From: Patescibacteria group bacterium
Lineage (GTDB): Bacteria > Patescibacteriota > UBA1384 > XYA2-FULL-43-10
DNA: 64,000 nt
Direction: 5' to 3'
NCBI GenBank assembly: GCA_041674405.1
Contig: JBAYVT010000001.1
Coordinates: forward strand, 1,012 to 65,011
Positions 7,019 to 16,842 of the stretch are shown here, piece by piece; the first letter of the stretch is position 1; each line of letters begins with the position of its first letter. The notes beneath the pieces are model-generated. The model did not search any database, was not told where the DNA came from, and saw nothing but the letters and a program-made list of their open reading frames with translations. Both the position numbers and the translations under genes were made by a program.

Positions 7019-8830
7019 TTAGTTCTTTTTTGCCCGGTAGCGTTCTGCAGCGGTGAGGAGTTTTTTGCGCATACGCAGGGATTGTGGGGTTACCTCAAGT
7101 AGTTCATCGTCTTCAAGAAAATCGATGCACTGCTCGAGAGACATTTTTGTATGAGGAGTTAAGATGGTTGCAATATCCGAATTCGAAGCGCGTACATTGG
7201 ATAATTTCTTTTCCTTGGTAACGTTGATATCGAGGTCGTCTTCGCGGGAATTTAGCCCCACGATCATCCCAGCGTAAACATCTGTTTGAGGTGGGATAAA
7301 GGTGATTCCTCTCTGCTGGGCGATGTTTAAGCCATAAGTTACGGCTTTGCCAGATTCAAAGGCGATCATTACGCCGTTTCGAAGTTTTGGAATTGCTGCC
7401 CCAACTTTTTCATAGCGCAAAAAGATTGAGTTGATCACTGCTGTTCCTTTAGAAAGTGTCACCAAAGTATTGCGAAGGCCGAGTGTGCCGCGGGTTGATA
7501 TCTCAAAAACCAGCCTTGTTGTGGAGTCTGAGTTTTGTGATTGGTGAATTAATATTCCTCGACGTCTGCTGATTTCGCCAATTACCGAACTTGCAAATTT
7601 ATCATCGACGTCGATGGTGAGTTCTTCGATTGGCTCGCAGGTTATTCCGTCAATTTCTCTGGTGATAACTTGGGGTTTGCCGACTTGAAGCTCGAATCCT
7701 TCACGGCGAAGGTTTTCGATAAACACCGATAGGTGGAGTTCACCTCTGCCGGAAATAATATAATTCCCGTCTGCAGCGACATGGAATCGCATCGCAATAT
7801 TTGTCTCGAGCTCTTTCATTATTCGCTCGAGTAATTGCCGCAAGGTTACAAACTTGCCTTCGCGTCCGGCGAAAGGTGAAGTATTGGCGTACATCGAAAT
7901 TGAAAGCGTAGGCTCCTCGATTGCCATTGAAGGAACGATGTCGATCTCTCCGGGGTCGCAGATTGTGTCGCCGATTGAAACTTTCGAAAGGCCGGCAATT
8001 GAAACAATATCGCCAGATAAGGCTTCCTTGACCTCAATTTTTCTTAGTCCTGCATTTTGAAATATTTTTTCCGCTTTTCCGCTCTGGACAGCTCCCTCTT
8101 CGTTCGCTAAAACAACATTTTGGCTGGTGGAAATTTTCCCCCGGATTATTTTACCGATTGCGTATTTGCCCAAGAAATTATCGTAGCTGAGGGCAGAGAC
8201 CAACATTTGAAACGGCTTGTCGTCGTCTTTTTGCGGCTCTGGTATATACTTAACTATTCCATCCATCACTGGGGTAAGATCTGCGGGAGAGGTAAAGTCT
8301 GCCGGCATTTTTTCCCAAGATTTTCCTTCCCGCCCGATTGCATAATAGATCGGAAAATCGAGCTCGCTATCATCTTTTGCAAGTTCTAGAAATAGGTCAT
8401 AAGTTTTATTCAAGGTATTTTCGATATCAGCGTTATTTTTATCGATCTTATTTACGACAACGATAATTTTAAGGCCAATTTCGAGCGCCTTTTTAAGGAC
8501 AAACTTGGTCTGGGGCATTGGCCCCTCTTTGGCGTCAATCACCAAGATAGCGCCGTCTGCCATATTCAGCGTTCGCTCGACCTCTCCGGCGAAATCCGCG
8601 TGTCCCGGAGTGTCAATAATATTTATTTTCACTCCCTTGTATTCGATAGAAGTATTTTTGGCAAGAATCGTAATTCCCCGCTCGCGCTCCTGATCGTTCG
8701 AATCTAAAATCAGAGTTTCCGACATTAAGGCCTCATTCTCACGGAATGTTTTTGACTGCTTCAAAAATCCATCAACAAGGGTGGTTTTGCCATGGTCAAC
8801 GTGAGCGATTATTGCGACATTTTTTATCAT
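7019..8830 (-). CDS. typA: Translational GTPase TypA/BipA
   Basis: MIKNVAIIAHVDHGKTTLVD G1 motif, DTPGHADF, NKID. EF-G-like domain order with the BipA-specific C-terminal domain. Start placed at MIKN (internal to the longer listed ORF). Confidence 0.9.
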   Translation of the reverse strand: MIKNVAIIAHVDHGKTTLVDGFLKQSKTFRENEALMSETLILDSNDQERERGITILAKNTSIEYKGVKINIIDTPGHADFAGEVERTLNMADGAILVIDAKEGPMPQTKFVLKKALEIGLKIIVVVNKIDKNNADIENTLNKTYDLFLELAKDDSELDFPIYYAIGREGKSWEKMPADFTSPADLTPVMDGIVKYIPEPQKDDDKPFQMLVSALSYDNFLGKYAIGKIIRGKISTSQNVVLANEEGAVQSGKAEKIFQNAGLRKIEVKEALSGDIVSIAGLSKVSIGDTICDPGEIDIVPSMAIEEPTLSISMYANTSPFAGREGKFVTLRQLLERIMKELETNIAMRFHVAADGNYIISGRGELHLSVFIENLRREGFELQVGKPQVITREIDGITCEPIEELTIDVDDKFASSVIGEISRRRGILIHQSQNSDSTTRLVFEISTRGTLGLRNTLVTLSKGTAVINSIFLRYEKVGAAIPKLRNGVMIAFESGKAVTYGLNIAQQRGITFIPPQTDVYAGMIVGLNSREDDLDINVTKEKKLSNVRASNSDIATILTPHTKMSLEQCIDFLEDDELLEVTPQSLRMRKKLLTAAERYRAKKN

Positions 8831-8887
8831 ATCAATCCTCTTGCCCTGAGCGAGGTCGAAGGGCAACATTTCTTAATTTCATATTAT

Positions 8888-10144
8888 CTAGTTTGCTTCG
8901 ACAAAAGTGAGCGCAAATCCCTTATTATTCCCTCTTCCAGTGCGGCCGATCCGGTGAATATAGTCATTATAGGTCTGGGGAATTGTGTAATTGATAACAT
9001 GCGAGACATTACTGATGTCAAGTCCGCGCGCGGCGACATCTGTGGCAACAAGAATTTGAATTTGGTCATCGCGAAATTTTGATAGCGCCTTCTGGCGTTG
9101 GTTTTGGCGCTTGTCTCCGTGGATAGAATCGGCTCGAAATCCACTCTCTGCGAGATTTTTAGTGAGTTTTTCCACATCGCGCTTGGTCTCTGAGAAAATA
9201 AGGACCTTTTTGGAGCCTTCTTTTGATAAAATATCTGTCAATCGATTGAACTTATTATCAGCGTGCACTTTTACAATATCTTGGTCGACATTTGCCGCTG
9301 TCTCACCAGTGATGGTTTTTACAATGACAGGGTTAATTAAAAATTCACGGACAAGAGTCTCGATTTTTATCGGTAGCGTTGCAGAGAAAAACAGCGATTG
9401 ACGTTTGTCTGGAAGCTCGGCCAGAATTCGTTTAATTTCATCGACAAAGCCCATATCGAGCATCCGATCGATTTCATCGAGAACAATATTTTGAAAAAAT
9501 GAAAAATTAATATTGGCCCGGTCTTTTAGATCCTTGAGACGTCCGGGAGTACCAATGACGAAATTGGGATGGCTGCGGAGATCTGATATCTGGCGGTAGA
9601 TAGGTACGCCGCCGACGCAAATTGCCGAATATATTCCCATGCCTTTGGCAAATTTGCGAAATTCGACATTTATCTGCTGGGCAAGTTCGCGAGTTGGCGC
9701 AATGATAAGAACTTTTTGATTCTTGTCGCGAAAGCATTTATCGATTAAAGGTAGCAAAAATGCCGCTGTCTTCCCAGTCCCCGTATTGGCAAGTCCTAGA
9801 ATATCGCGACCGGACATAACATGCCCGATCGATTGGTCTTGAATTGGAGTTGGAGTTTCGTAACCGATTTCCTTCAAGTTCATATTAATTTTTTGTGAGA
9901 AAGAAAAATCAGCAAAATTGTGAATAATTTTTACGTGATTCGTGGCGGTGTTTGGAACTGCCTTTTTTACAAAGCGCTGAATATCAATCACTTCACCCCT
10001 GTTGTGTCGACGAGAATTTTGTGAGTTTGAGTAGCGCGGACGTGAACTGAATTTTCCGTGAGCAGGCTTACTAAAATTTGGTTTTCCGAACCGGGAAAAT
10101 CCACGATCAAAAGAACGTTTTTGGTGAGATCTAAAATTTTGCAT
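8888..10144 (-). CDS. DEAD-box ATP-dependent RNA helicase
   Basis: Q-motif region, motif I GTGKTAAF, motif II VLDEIDRML (DEID variant), SAT, HRIGRTGR. Arg/Ser/Gly-rich N-terminal extension. Confidence 0.85.
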   Translation of the reverse strand: MQNFRSHQKRSFDRGFSRFGKPNFSKPAHGKFSSRPRYSNSQNSRRHNRGEVIDIQRFVKKAVPNTATNHVKIIHNFADFSFSQKINMNLKEIGYETPTPIQDQSIGHVMSGRDILGLANTGTGKTAAFLLPLIDKCFRDKNQKVLIIAPTRELAQQINVEFRKFAKGMGIYSAICVGGVPIYRQISDLRSHPNFVIGTPGRLKDLKDRANINFSFFQNIVLDEIDRMLDMGFVDEIKRILAELPDKRQSLFFSATLPIKIETLVREFLINPVIVKTITGETAANVDQDIVKVHADNKFNRLTDILSKEGSKKVLIFSETKRDVEKLTKNLAESGFRADSIHGDKRQNQRQKALSKFRDDQIQILVATDVAARGLDISNVSHVINYTIPQTYNDYIHRIGRTGRGNNKGFALTFVEAN

Positions 10145-10407
10145 ACAATTTCCTACGCGAGATTTCGCGTTAATATTAAAACTTCGAATAGCTCTTTAAG
10201 AACGTCGAAGTTTTAATTCGGAAATCTAAAGAACGATTTCGAGACTTCGAAAGTATATCATTAATTAGTATTTAAGTCAAGGATTGTATCTCGATGAATT
10301 AAGAGGTTGTAAGCTTGATGATTGCTCAAGTTGTACCAGTATGAATTGAAAATAATCAATTTCTAAAGGTTAAAACCAATGCGGGCCAATTAAAACACAA
10401 ATAAAAA

Positions 10408-10445
10408 GACCAGAGGAATTAAATAAATTAATTGCTCTGGTCTTG
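10408..10445 (-). terminator. Rho-independent terminator of high-GC gene B
   Basis: gaccagag...ctctggtc 8-bp stem followed on the minus strand by a TTTTTATTTGTGTTTT run. A second 8-bp hairpin (gctccgac/gtcggagc) lies at 10447-10469. Confidence 0.5.
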
Positions 10446-10501
10446 CTCCGACAAACGTCGTCGGAGCACCAGTACCACCTCCAGTTCACCAAGACTTGAC
10501 G

Positions 10502-10993
10502 CTACAGCGCCGGCGGCTGCGGCATGCCGCAGCCAATCATTACGATACCCACGCTGCCTGCGGGTGCAGCCTCCATGATGCGCTCGACGGTGCACTGCGG
10601 GCAGGTGCATGTGGACTTGTCCCTCGTCCAGACCTTCCAACCTGCCGCGACTCCGTAGTGCCGCTCGCCGAAAAGGCCGAAGACAGCCTTCATCTCGTAG
10701 TCGTAGATGTCCGTGATGAGCTTCACCCGCGCTGCATGCTCGAGGCACTGGCGCAGGAAGTCCTTGTTGTCGTCTGTGTCCTGTTCCTCGATCTCATCGA
10801 GTTTCTTCAAGATGCCCTCGGCCTCCGGCCGGAAGCTCTCGATGAGGCTGTACAGGCGCTTCAGCTCCTCGGGCAGGTCCCCGATCACATTGGCGTTCTC
10901 CGGGATCGGACCCTCGGGCTCGATTAGCTCAACTACTCCCATGCCAGCCAGTACGTCCTGAATCTTTAACATCGACATCACCTTTATTTTCAC
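10502..10993 (-). CDS. Hypothetical protein, high-GC island B (163 aa, acidic, CxCPxC motif)
   Basis: GC about 60% ORF with coherent protein-like composition. C-terminal KSTCTCPQC. The first about 12 codons are AT-rich. Confidence 0.5.
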   Translation of the reverse strand: MKIKVMSMLKIQDVLAGMGVVELIEPEGPIPENANVIGDLPEELKRLYSLIESFRPEAEGILKKLDEIEEQDTDDNKDFLRQCLEHAARVKLITDIYDYEMKAVFGLFGERHYGVAAGWKVWTRDKSTCTCPQCTVERIMEAAPAGSVGIVMIGCGMPQPPAL

Positions 10994-11027
10994 TGCCGAT
11001 CGTTATCAGTCAGTGCCCCCTTGCCAC

Positions 11028-11077
11028 CTTTCGGGAGCAAATAATCGGAAATAATTCCAAACATTTGCTCCCGAAAG
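11028..11077. promoter_or_regulatory. 15-bp perfect inverted repeat with 20-nt loop (ctttcgggagcaaat ... atttgctcccgaaag), 35 nt upstream of gene B start
   Basis: Read directly. Located in the C-B intergenic region on the minus-strand transcript. Could be a terminator/attenuator or an operator. Confidence 0.35.
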
Positions 11078-11244
11078 ATTGAATAATATTAACATATTAA
11101 TTCTGATCTGTCAACGATCGTGAATTGTAGTGTTTCTTGCCTTCGGTTGGCATAATCACACAATATACTTAAATTACAACCCTCTTAATCAAAGAACGAA
11201 CCGGCACGCCGATTCGCTCAATGATCATCCCCTCTTTTCCAGTT

Positions 11245-11880
11245 CTAGTGGCTCCTGCCCCCTCGGCCTCGGTCCTTTGCGCCGCGCGTATCCTTGCCCT
11301 GAAGAGCAAGGCGCTTCTGCTTGTCGGCGCGCCTCTTCTTTTGCTCGTCGGTCGGCGATTTCTTCTTGCCCAAGATTCGCTCCTGGGTCGGCGATTTCCT
11401 CGCTTTCTCCTTGGCAAGAAGCGCGCGAACTTCGCGCTTAACCCAGCCATCAAGGCGGTCCAGGTGGACATCCCGTTCCTCCACGCAGACGACCTGGAAG
11501 AGAAGCGGATCGGTCTTCTGGATGGAAACGCATACCTGCGTGTAGCATCCGTTCCGGTGGTAGATGACGCGGCCGGCGGTGATGAAGCACACCGACTGCG
11601 GCTCCTTGTCCGGGTTGGTTGCGGTTGTGCTCGAGGCAATTCCCTCCTTCTGGTCGTCCAGGTGGATGCGGTCCGTATTTGTGGGTACGCTCACATCCAT
11701 CAGGTTGACGAAGAGTCTCGCCTTGGGGATCCGCGCCATAGCTTGAGGAATCCGATACATCCCGTTGCCCTGGTCGGCAAGCTTGACGAAGAGCCGCTGC
11801 CCGACTACCAAGCAGGCAAGCCTGTGATTGTGGATAATGGCGGCATTGCCATTGTTCCGTGAAACCGCGAAATACAGCAT
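11245..11880 (-). CDS. Hypothetical protein, high-GC island C (about 211 aa) with highly basic Lys/Arg-rich C-terminal tail
   Basis: AGGAGG SD 6 nt before the ATG at 11880. Globular N-terminal region, then a tail KEKARKSPTQERILGKKKSPTDEQKKRRADKQKRLALQGKDTRGAKDRGRGGRSH. GC about 58%. Confidence 0.5.
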   Translation of the reverse strand: MLYFAVSRNNGNAAIIHNHRLACLVVGQRLFVKLADQGNGMYRIPQAMARIPKARLFVNLMDVSVPTNTDRIHLDDQKEGIASSTTATNPDKEPQSVCFITAGRVIYHRNGCYTQVCVSIQKTDPLLFQVVCVEERDVHLDRLDGWVKREVRALLAKEKARKSPTQERILGKKKSPTDEQKKRRADKQKRLALQGKDTRGAKDRGRGGRSH

Positions 11881-12066
11881 TTTTTCCTCCTGAGTATTGG
11901 TGTGATTGCGGCGATATTGTTTTAACATAAATTGTTTAGTTTGTAAACCTTTAAAAAGGATGTAAACACAAAAACACCGCCGGTGTTCAGGGCGGTGTTT
12001 TAATATAGAATCAGGCTAACTATTTCGATGTATAGGAAATTCCCTTCGACTTCGCTCAGGGCGAGA

Positions 12067-14715
12067 CTATTTGGAAGTATAGCTGATTCCGGATTTCGCG
12101 GCGATTACGGCTTGTGCAGCGGCAAGTCTGGCGATTGGGACGCGATATGGTGAGCAGGAAACATAATTCATCTTTACTTTGTGGCAGAAGTGAATTGTGG
12201 TAGGATCTCCGCCGTGCTCTCCACAGATGCCGACTTTCAGATTCTTCTTTGATGATCGGCCTTTCTCGATCCCAATCTCAACCATTTTGCCGACACCGTC
12301 TTGGTCGAGAGTTTGGAATGGATCAGCGTCAAAGATGCCAATTTCCTTGTAAACTTTGATGAATTTGCCGGCGTCGTCGCGGGAGAAGCCCATTGTCATT
12401 TGGGTTAAGTCGTTGGTTCCGAAGGAGAAGAATTCAGCTTTCTCAGCGATCTCGTCTGCAGTTACAGCGGCTCGTGGAACTTCGATCATTGTGCCAACCT
12501 TATAGTCGATCTTGGTTTTGTATTCGGACATGACTCGGGTAGCAGTTTCATCAACAACTTTCTTCTGGTTCTCAAACTCCTTGACATTGCCTACAAGCGG
12601 GATCATGATTTCCGGAACGATCTTAAATCCATCTTTCGCAAGTTCGCAAGCGGCAGAGATGATAGCTTCAGCCTGCATCTCGGTGATTTCCGGATATGTA
12701 ATTCCGAGGCGGCAACCGCGGTGGCCAAGCATCGGATTGAATTCGTGCAAATCTTCAGAAACCTGTTTGATCTTGGATTCAGAAATACCGATTTTTTTCG
12801 AAAGAGCTTTGACATCCTCGTTTGTCTTTGGCAAAAACTCATGCAAAGGCGGGTCCAAAAGACGGATGGTTACCGGAAAACCCTTCATTTCGCGGAAGAG
12901 GCCAAGGAAATCTTCTTTCTGGAAAGGTAAGAGCTTTTTCAAGGCTTTTCTTCTTTCGTCTTCGGTATCGGCAAGAATCATCTGTTGCATGAATGGAAGG
13001 CGCTTCTCGTCGAAAAACATGTGTTCGGTGCGGCAGAGGCCGATGCCTTCGGCGCCAAATTCTCGAGCGGTCTTGGCATCAGTCGGCGTGTCTGCATTGG
13101 TGCGAACTCCGAGGACGCGGGTTTTGTCAGCCCAGCCCATGAGAGTCTTGAATTCGGCTTTGATCTCCGGCTCGATTGTTTTGACCTCGCCAAGGATGAC
13201 TTGGCCGGTAGAGCCGTTTAGGGCGATCCATTCCCCTGCTTTGACTGTATATGAACCAACAGTAAATTTCTTCGCTTTTTCATCAATCTTTATATCACCG
13301 CAGCCGGCAACGCATGTTTTGCCCATTCCGCGGGCAACAACTGCGGCGTGGCTGGTCATACCGCCGCGGCAGGTCAAGATTCCCTGTGCTGCGTACATGC
13401 CGTGGATATCATCCGGTGAGGTCTCAGCGCGGACCAGGACGACCTTTTCGTTGTCGCCAAGTTCGGCAGCGGTATCTGCGTCGAAAACGACCTTACCGAC
13501 AGCGGCACCGGGAGAGGCCGGAAGTCCCATTGCGATAACCTCAAGCGTAGCTTTCGGATCGATGACAGGGTGCAAAAGCTGGTCGATAGTTTCCGGTTCT
13601 AGCCGCATTACAGCTTCGTCTTCTCCGATCATTTTCTCTTTGACCAAATCAACAGCGATCTTGACAGCAGCTTGGGCAGTTCTTTTGCCGGTTCTGGTCT
13701 GTAACATGTAGAGCTTGTTTCTTTCGATGGTAAACTCAAAATCCTGAACATCTTTATAATGTTTTTCAAGTTTGTCTGTGATTGCCTTGAGCTCTGTAAA
13801 TGCTTTTGGCATCTCCTTCTTGAGATCGGCTATCGGGTGCGGCGTGCGTACGCCGGCTACAACATCTTCGCCCTGTGCATTGGTAAGGAATTCACCGTAG
13901 AACTCCTTATCACCAGTGGAAGGATTTCTAGTGAATCCGACGCCGGTGGCGCAGTCATCACCCATGTTGCCGAAGACCATTGCCTGGACATTTACGGCTG
14001 TTCCCAAATTGTGAGGAATGTTATTCAAGTTTCTGTAAGTATTGGCTCGGTCATTGCCCCAGCTCTCGAATACCGCTTTGTAGGCCATTTCAAGTTGTTT
14101 AGCCGGATCCTCTGGAAATTCTTTGCCGGTCTCTTTCTTGACCAATTTTTTATATCCGTCGATCACATCTAGAAGATCGTCGGCGGTGAGGTCGGTATCA
14201 AGTTTAGCACCGGCTTTGTCTTTGACAAGATCTAGAACATGTTCAAATTTGTCTTTGTCGATAGCAAGTACGACATTTCCGAACATCTGGATAAATCTTC
14301 GGTAGGCGTCGTGAGCAAATCGGGAATTCCCGGTAAGCTCGGCCATGCCTTTGACAGTTTCATCGTTCAAGCCAAGGTTTAGGATCGTATCCATCATACC
14401 CGGCATCGAGAACTTGGCGCCGGAACGGACGGAGAGAAGGAGCGGATTTTTGGCGTCGCCGAATTTTTTTCCGGTTGACTTTTCAACTTTTGCAAGCATT
14501 GGTGCAAGCTCGGAGTCAAAGTCCTTCGGCAGTTTCTTGCCGTTGTTGTAATAGTAATTGCACATTTCGGTCGTGATAGTAAAACCTGATGGGACCGGAA
14601 CGCCTAAATTCGACATTTCGGCAAGGTTTGCGCCTTTACCGCCCAAGAGAGCTTTCATTTCCGCTTTGCCTTCGGCTTTTCCGTCACCGAAATAATAGAT
14701 GTACTTCGTACTCAT
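12067..14715 (-). CDS. ppdK: Pyruvate, phosphate dikinase
   Basis: 882 aa. N-terminal ATP-grasp (GGKGANLAEM). Central phospho-His domain (GGMTSHAAVVARGMG). C-terminal PEP-utilising TIM barrel (CGEHGGDP). Confidence 0.9.
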   Translation of the reverse strand: MSTKYIYYFGDGKAEGKAEMKALLGGKGANLAEMSNLGVPVPSGFTITTEMCNYYYNNGKKLPKDFDSELAPMLAKVEKSTGKKFGDAKNPLLLSVRSGAKFSMPGMMDTILNLGLNDETVKGMAELTGNSRFAHDAYRRFIQMFGNVVLAIDKDKFEHVLDLVKDKAGAKLDTDLTADDLLDVIDGYKKLVKKETGKEFPEDPAKQLEMAYKAVFESWGNDRANTYRNLNNIPHNLGTAVNVQAMVFGNMGDDCATGVGFTRNPSTGDKEFYGEFLTNAQGEDVVAGVRTPHPIADLKKEMPKAFTELKAITDKLEKHYKDVQDFEFTIERNKLYMLQTRTGKRTAQAAVKIAVDLVKEKMIGEDEAVMRLEPETIDQLLHPVIDPKATLEVIAMGLPASPGAAVGKVVFDADTAAELGDNEKVVLVRAETSPDDIHGMYAAQGILTCRGGMTSHAAVVARGMGKTCVAGCGDIKIDEKAKKFTVGSYTVKAGEWIALNGSTGQVILGEVKTIEPEIKAEFKTLMGWADKTRVLGVRTNADTPTDAKTAREFGAEGIGLCRTEHMFFDEKRLPFMQQMILADTEDERRKALKKLLPFQKEDFLGLFREMKGFPVTIRLLDPPLHEFLPKTNEDVKALSKKIGISESKIKQVSEDLHEFNPMLGHRGCRLGITYPEITEMQAEAIISAACELAKDGFKIVPEIMIPLVGNVKEFENQKKVVDETATRVMSEYKTKIDYKVGTMIEVPRAAVTADEIAEKAEFFSFGTNDLTQMTMGFSRDDAGKFIKVYKEIGIFDADPFQTLDQDGVGKMVEIGIEKGRSSKKNLKVGICGEHGGDPTTIHFCHKVKMNYVSCSPYRVPIARLAAAQAVIAAKSGISYTSK

Positions 14716-14893
14716 AGTAGATTCCTATTTAATAATGACGAAATTATATTAGCAAAAAATTATTTTAAGATCAAATATCCTTTATTTATAACATTCCCAA
14801 ATATTTGAGATATCTGATCAAATGATAGACAAATCCGGTAAAATATGTTAAAAAAGATTGCGCACATCATCCAGCACCCAACAGGAGAAAACC

Positions 14894-15679
14894 ATGATCC
14901 CGATGTACCTGAAGGATATTCCGATCGGTCCACATGTGGGTAAGGTGGTTGAAGAGTTCGATTCCGACACAGAGACACGCTACAGCATCCTGTCGGGCGT
15001 GTTCAACAACCAGGGATATATCCTCTCCCGCGAGGATGTAGAGGAAGAGTTCGGCAAGAACTCGTGCCTCCTTGACTTCATTTCACACGTTCATCTGCGC
15101 GAGCAGATGGCTGGATTAACCTTGTGGCTCAAGACTTTCGTCGCAGAAGTGAGAGGCGAAGGCGCTGCTCGTGTCATGTTTCCCGAATTTGAAGAGCACA
15201 ACGCACGAATACACTTGTTGCGAAGCGAGTGGATTCGCCACGAGGCCATTCGGGAGGCTACCAACGACGCGCTGAAAGCCCTGGCGGAATGCATGCGATG
15301 GTTCAACATTCAGATGGTGGCGGGATGGATCCAGCGCACCCTGACGGATGTGCTGGAACAGATGGAAATCTGCATGGATTTCGATGCATTCGAAGTGCCG
15401 CGGCAGTGTTCGTTGCTCGACGATCTGGCGTATCGTATGGGCAGAAGCGAGATGCGGTCGTCATGCGCCCGCGCCTACAACAGCCTGGCTGTCGCCTGTG
15501 AGTCGAGCCCGATCTTCAAAGACGTGGTGCTTCTTCCTCCCGAAAAGATTGTTCGTCTCGGACAGTGGCGCATGGGGCTGATCCAAGATCCGGGTCTTGT
15601 CCCAGAAGAGAAGCCCGAGGAGGACGAGGACGATTACGCCCTGAACGAATCCGGCATATTCGTGCCGAAGAAGAAGTGA
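14894..15679 (+). CDS. Hypothetical protein, high-GC island D (about 261 aa, acidic C-terminus)
   Basis: AGGAGA SD 5 nt before the ATG at 14894 (MIPMYLKD...). GC about 57%. Ends EEKPEEDEDDYALNESGIFVPKKK. Confidence 0.5.
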   Translation: MIPMYLKDIPIGPHVGKVVEEFDSDTETRYSILSGVFNNQGYILSREDVEEEFGKNSCLLDFISHVHLREQMAGLTLWLKTFVAEVRGEGAARVMFPEFEEHNARIHLLRSEWIRHEAIREATNDALKALAECMRWFNIQMVAGWIQRTLTDVLEQMEICMDFDAFEVPRQCSLLDDLAYRMGRSEMRSSCARAYNSLAVACESSPIFKDVVLLPPEKIVRLGQWRMGLIQDPGLVPEEKPEEDEDDYALNESGIFVPKKK

Positions 15680-15734
15680 TAGGAGGTGGAGAGCCGTGAG
15701 CGGACCTGTGTGGCCCGCTCTTGGCGTTTTAAAA

Positions 15735-16208
15735 CTAATTAATTATAACCCCGCCGATGAAGTTCTGTGAGAATACGACTTCATCCTTATATTCAATATA
15801 TTCGTTGTCTGCAAAGTCTTCGATATTTCCAGTAAGTGCGCTAAAGTATTCAAAATTGCCATCATGAAAATGCTGGGGCCCACGGAAAGGTGATTCCGGA
15901 TCCATCGCAAGAAGAGCCGTTTTTAAAAATTCGATCGTCTTTTTCGTGAGTTCTTTGTCGCCGTGGTGATCAAAAGCCATGCCACCGGCGTATGCCATTG
16001 CCCAAACAGGCTTGCCTTCGAAATAAACGATCTCCTGCCCAGGGGCGAAATAGTGTCCTGTATATGAATCGTGAAACAGCCAATCCCCTTCTTTGTATTC
16101 AATCTCGTCAAAACCTTGGCGCTGCGGTGAGACTTCATTGCCATCACCAGCGTAGCCGTTTTTATTGGCTTCGTATAAAAATTTTTTTAATTCATCTAAA
16201 TTAATCAT
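15735..16208 (-). CDS. Hypothetical conserved protein (157 aa)
   Basis: Soluble. Host-like AT-rich codon usage. No confident family assignment. Confidence 0.5.
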   Translation of the reverse strand: MINLDELKKFLYEANKNGYAGDGNEVSPQRQGFDEIEYKEGDWLFHDSYTGHYFAPGQEIVYFEGKPVWAMAYAGGMAFDHHGDKELTKKTIEFLKTALLAMDPESPFRGPQHFHDGNFEYFSALTGNIEDFADNEYIEYKDEVVFSQNFIGGVIIN

Positions 16209-16271
16209 GGCTGTTATTTGATCATTTATGTCGTCAAAAACTGAACGATCGTCGAAATTTCGACGATCAAT

Positions 16272-16550
16272 TTATTTTTTATTTTTTTCCCAAATAGATC
16301 TAAACCATGGCAAAGTTAGCGTCGAGAGCATAAATCCTACCGTCGGTACTATTGCATTTAGAAATGGCTGGTCAATTTTTATTGCTAAAAGATAAAGCGA
16401 AATTGCCAAGTAGGTAAAAACTGCGATAAGGATTCGCCTAGCCCAACTTGTTTCCCAGGCTTTATCGAGCTCTACACTTAAATTGCGAGATTTGATCTTC
16501 ACAATCTCGTCTTCAAGTTTTTGAACACGTTCATCTTTCATTAGTTTCAA
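16272..16550 (-). CDS. Small membrane protein (92 aa, 2 TM)
   Basis: N-terminal coiled/charged segment then two hydrophobic helices. Confidence 0.4.
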   Translation of the reverse strand: MKLMKDERVQKLEDEIVKIKSRNLSVELDKAWETSWARRILIAVFTYLAISLYLLAIKIDQPFLNAIVPTVGFMLSTLTLPWFRSIWEKNKK

Positions 16551-16842
16551 TCTACATTATTTCTAGACTGATATCAATTCGATTGCCATTTTATTAGGGA
16601 TATGAGGAGCTAGTTGCGAGGCGCCCCTCCTACCCCTAAAACCCCACCACCCGCACGCTAAAATTTGAATGATTTTCTGGCCGAAGCTCTTCGGGTATTT
16701 CAGTACCCGCTTTCAGCCCTAGAAATCCTACTATTTGAAAAATAGCCGTGTTTAATCTGTGGGCTGTACGTCGGTGTGGTTGAGGGCTCTTGTATGGCCG
16801 AAGCAGACTATTATTATTTATTAATTTATCTATAATTAAAAT

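Noticed and set aside
10145-10400. AT-rich 250-bp spacer with cgaag/cttcg repeats after the DEAD-box helicase, considered as possible small RNA or IS remnant
   Set aside because: Only short (5-6 nt) repeats, no terminal inverted repeats or ORF. More likely ordinary promoter/terminator spacer adjoining the island B terminators.
12512-13711. 399-aa plus-strand ORF antisense to ppdK
   Set aside because: It lies entirely within, and antisense to, a strongly supported 882-aa ppdK gene. Low-complexity Ser/Pro/Arg-rich translation typical of antisense frames.
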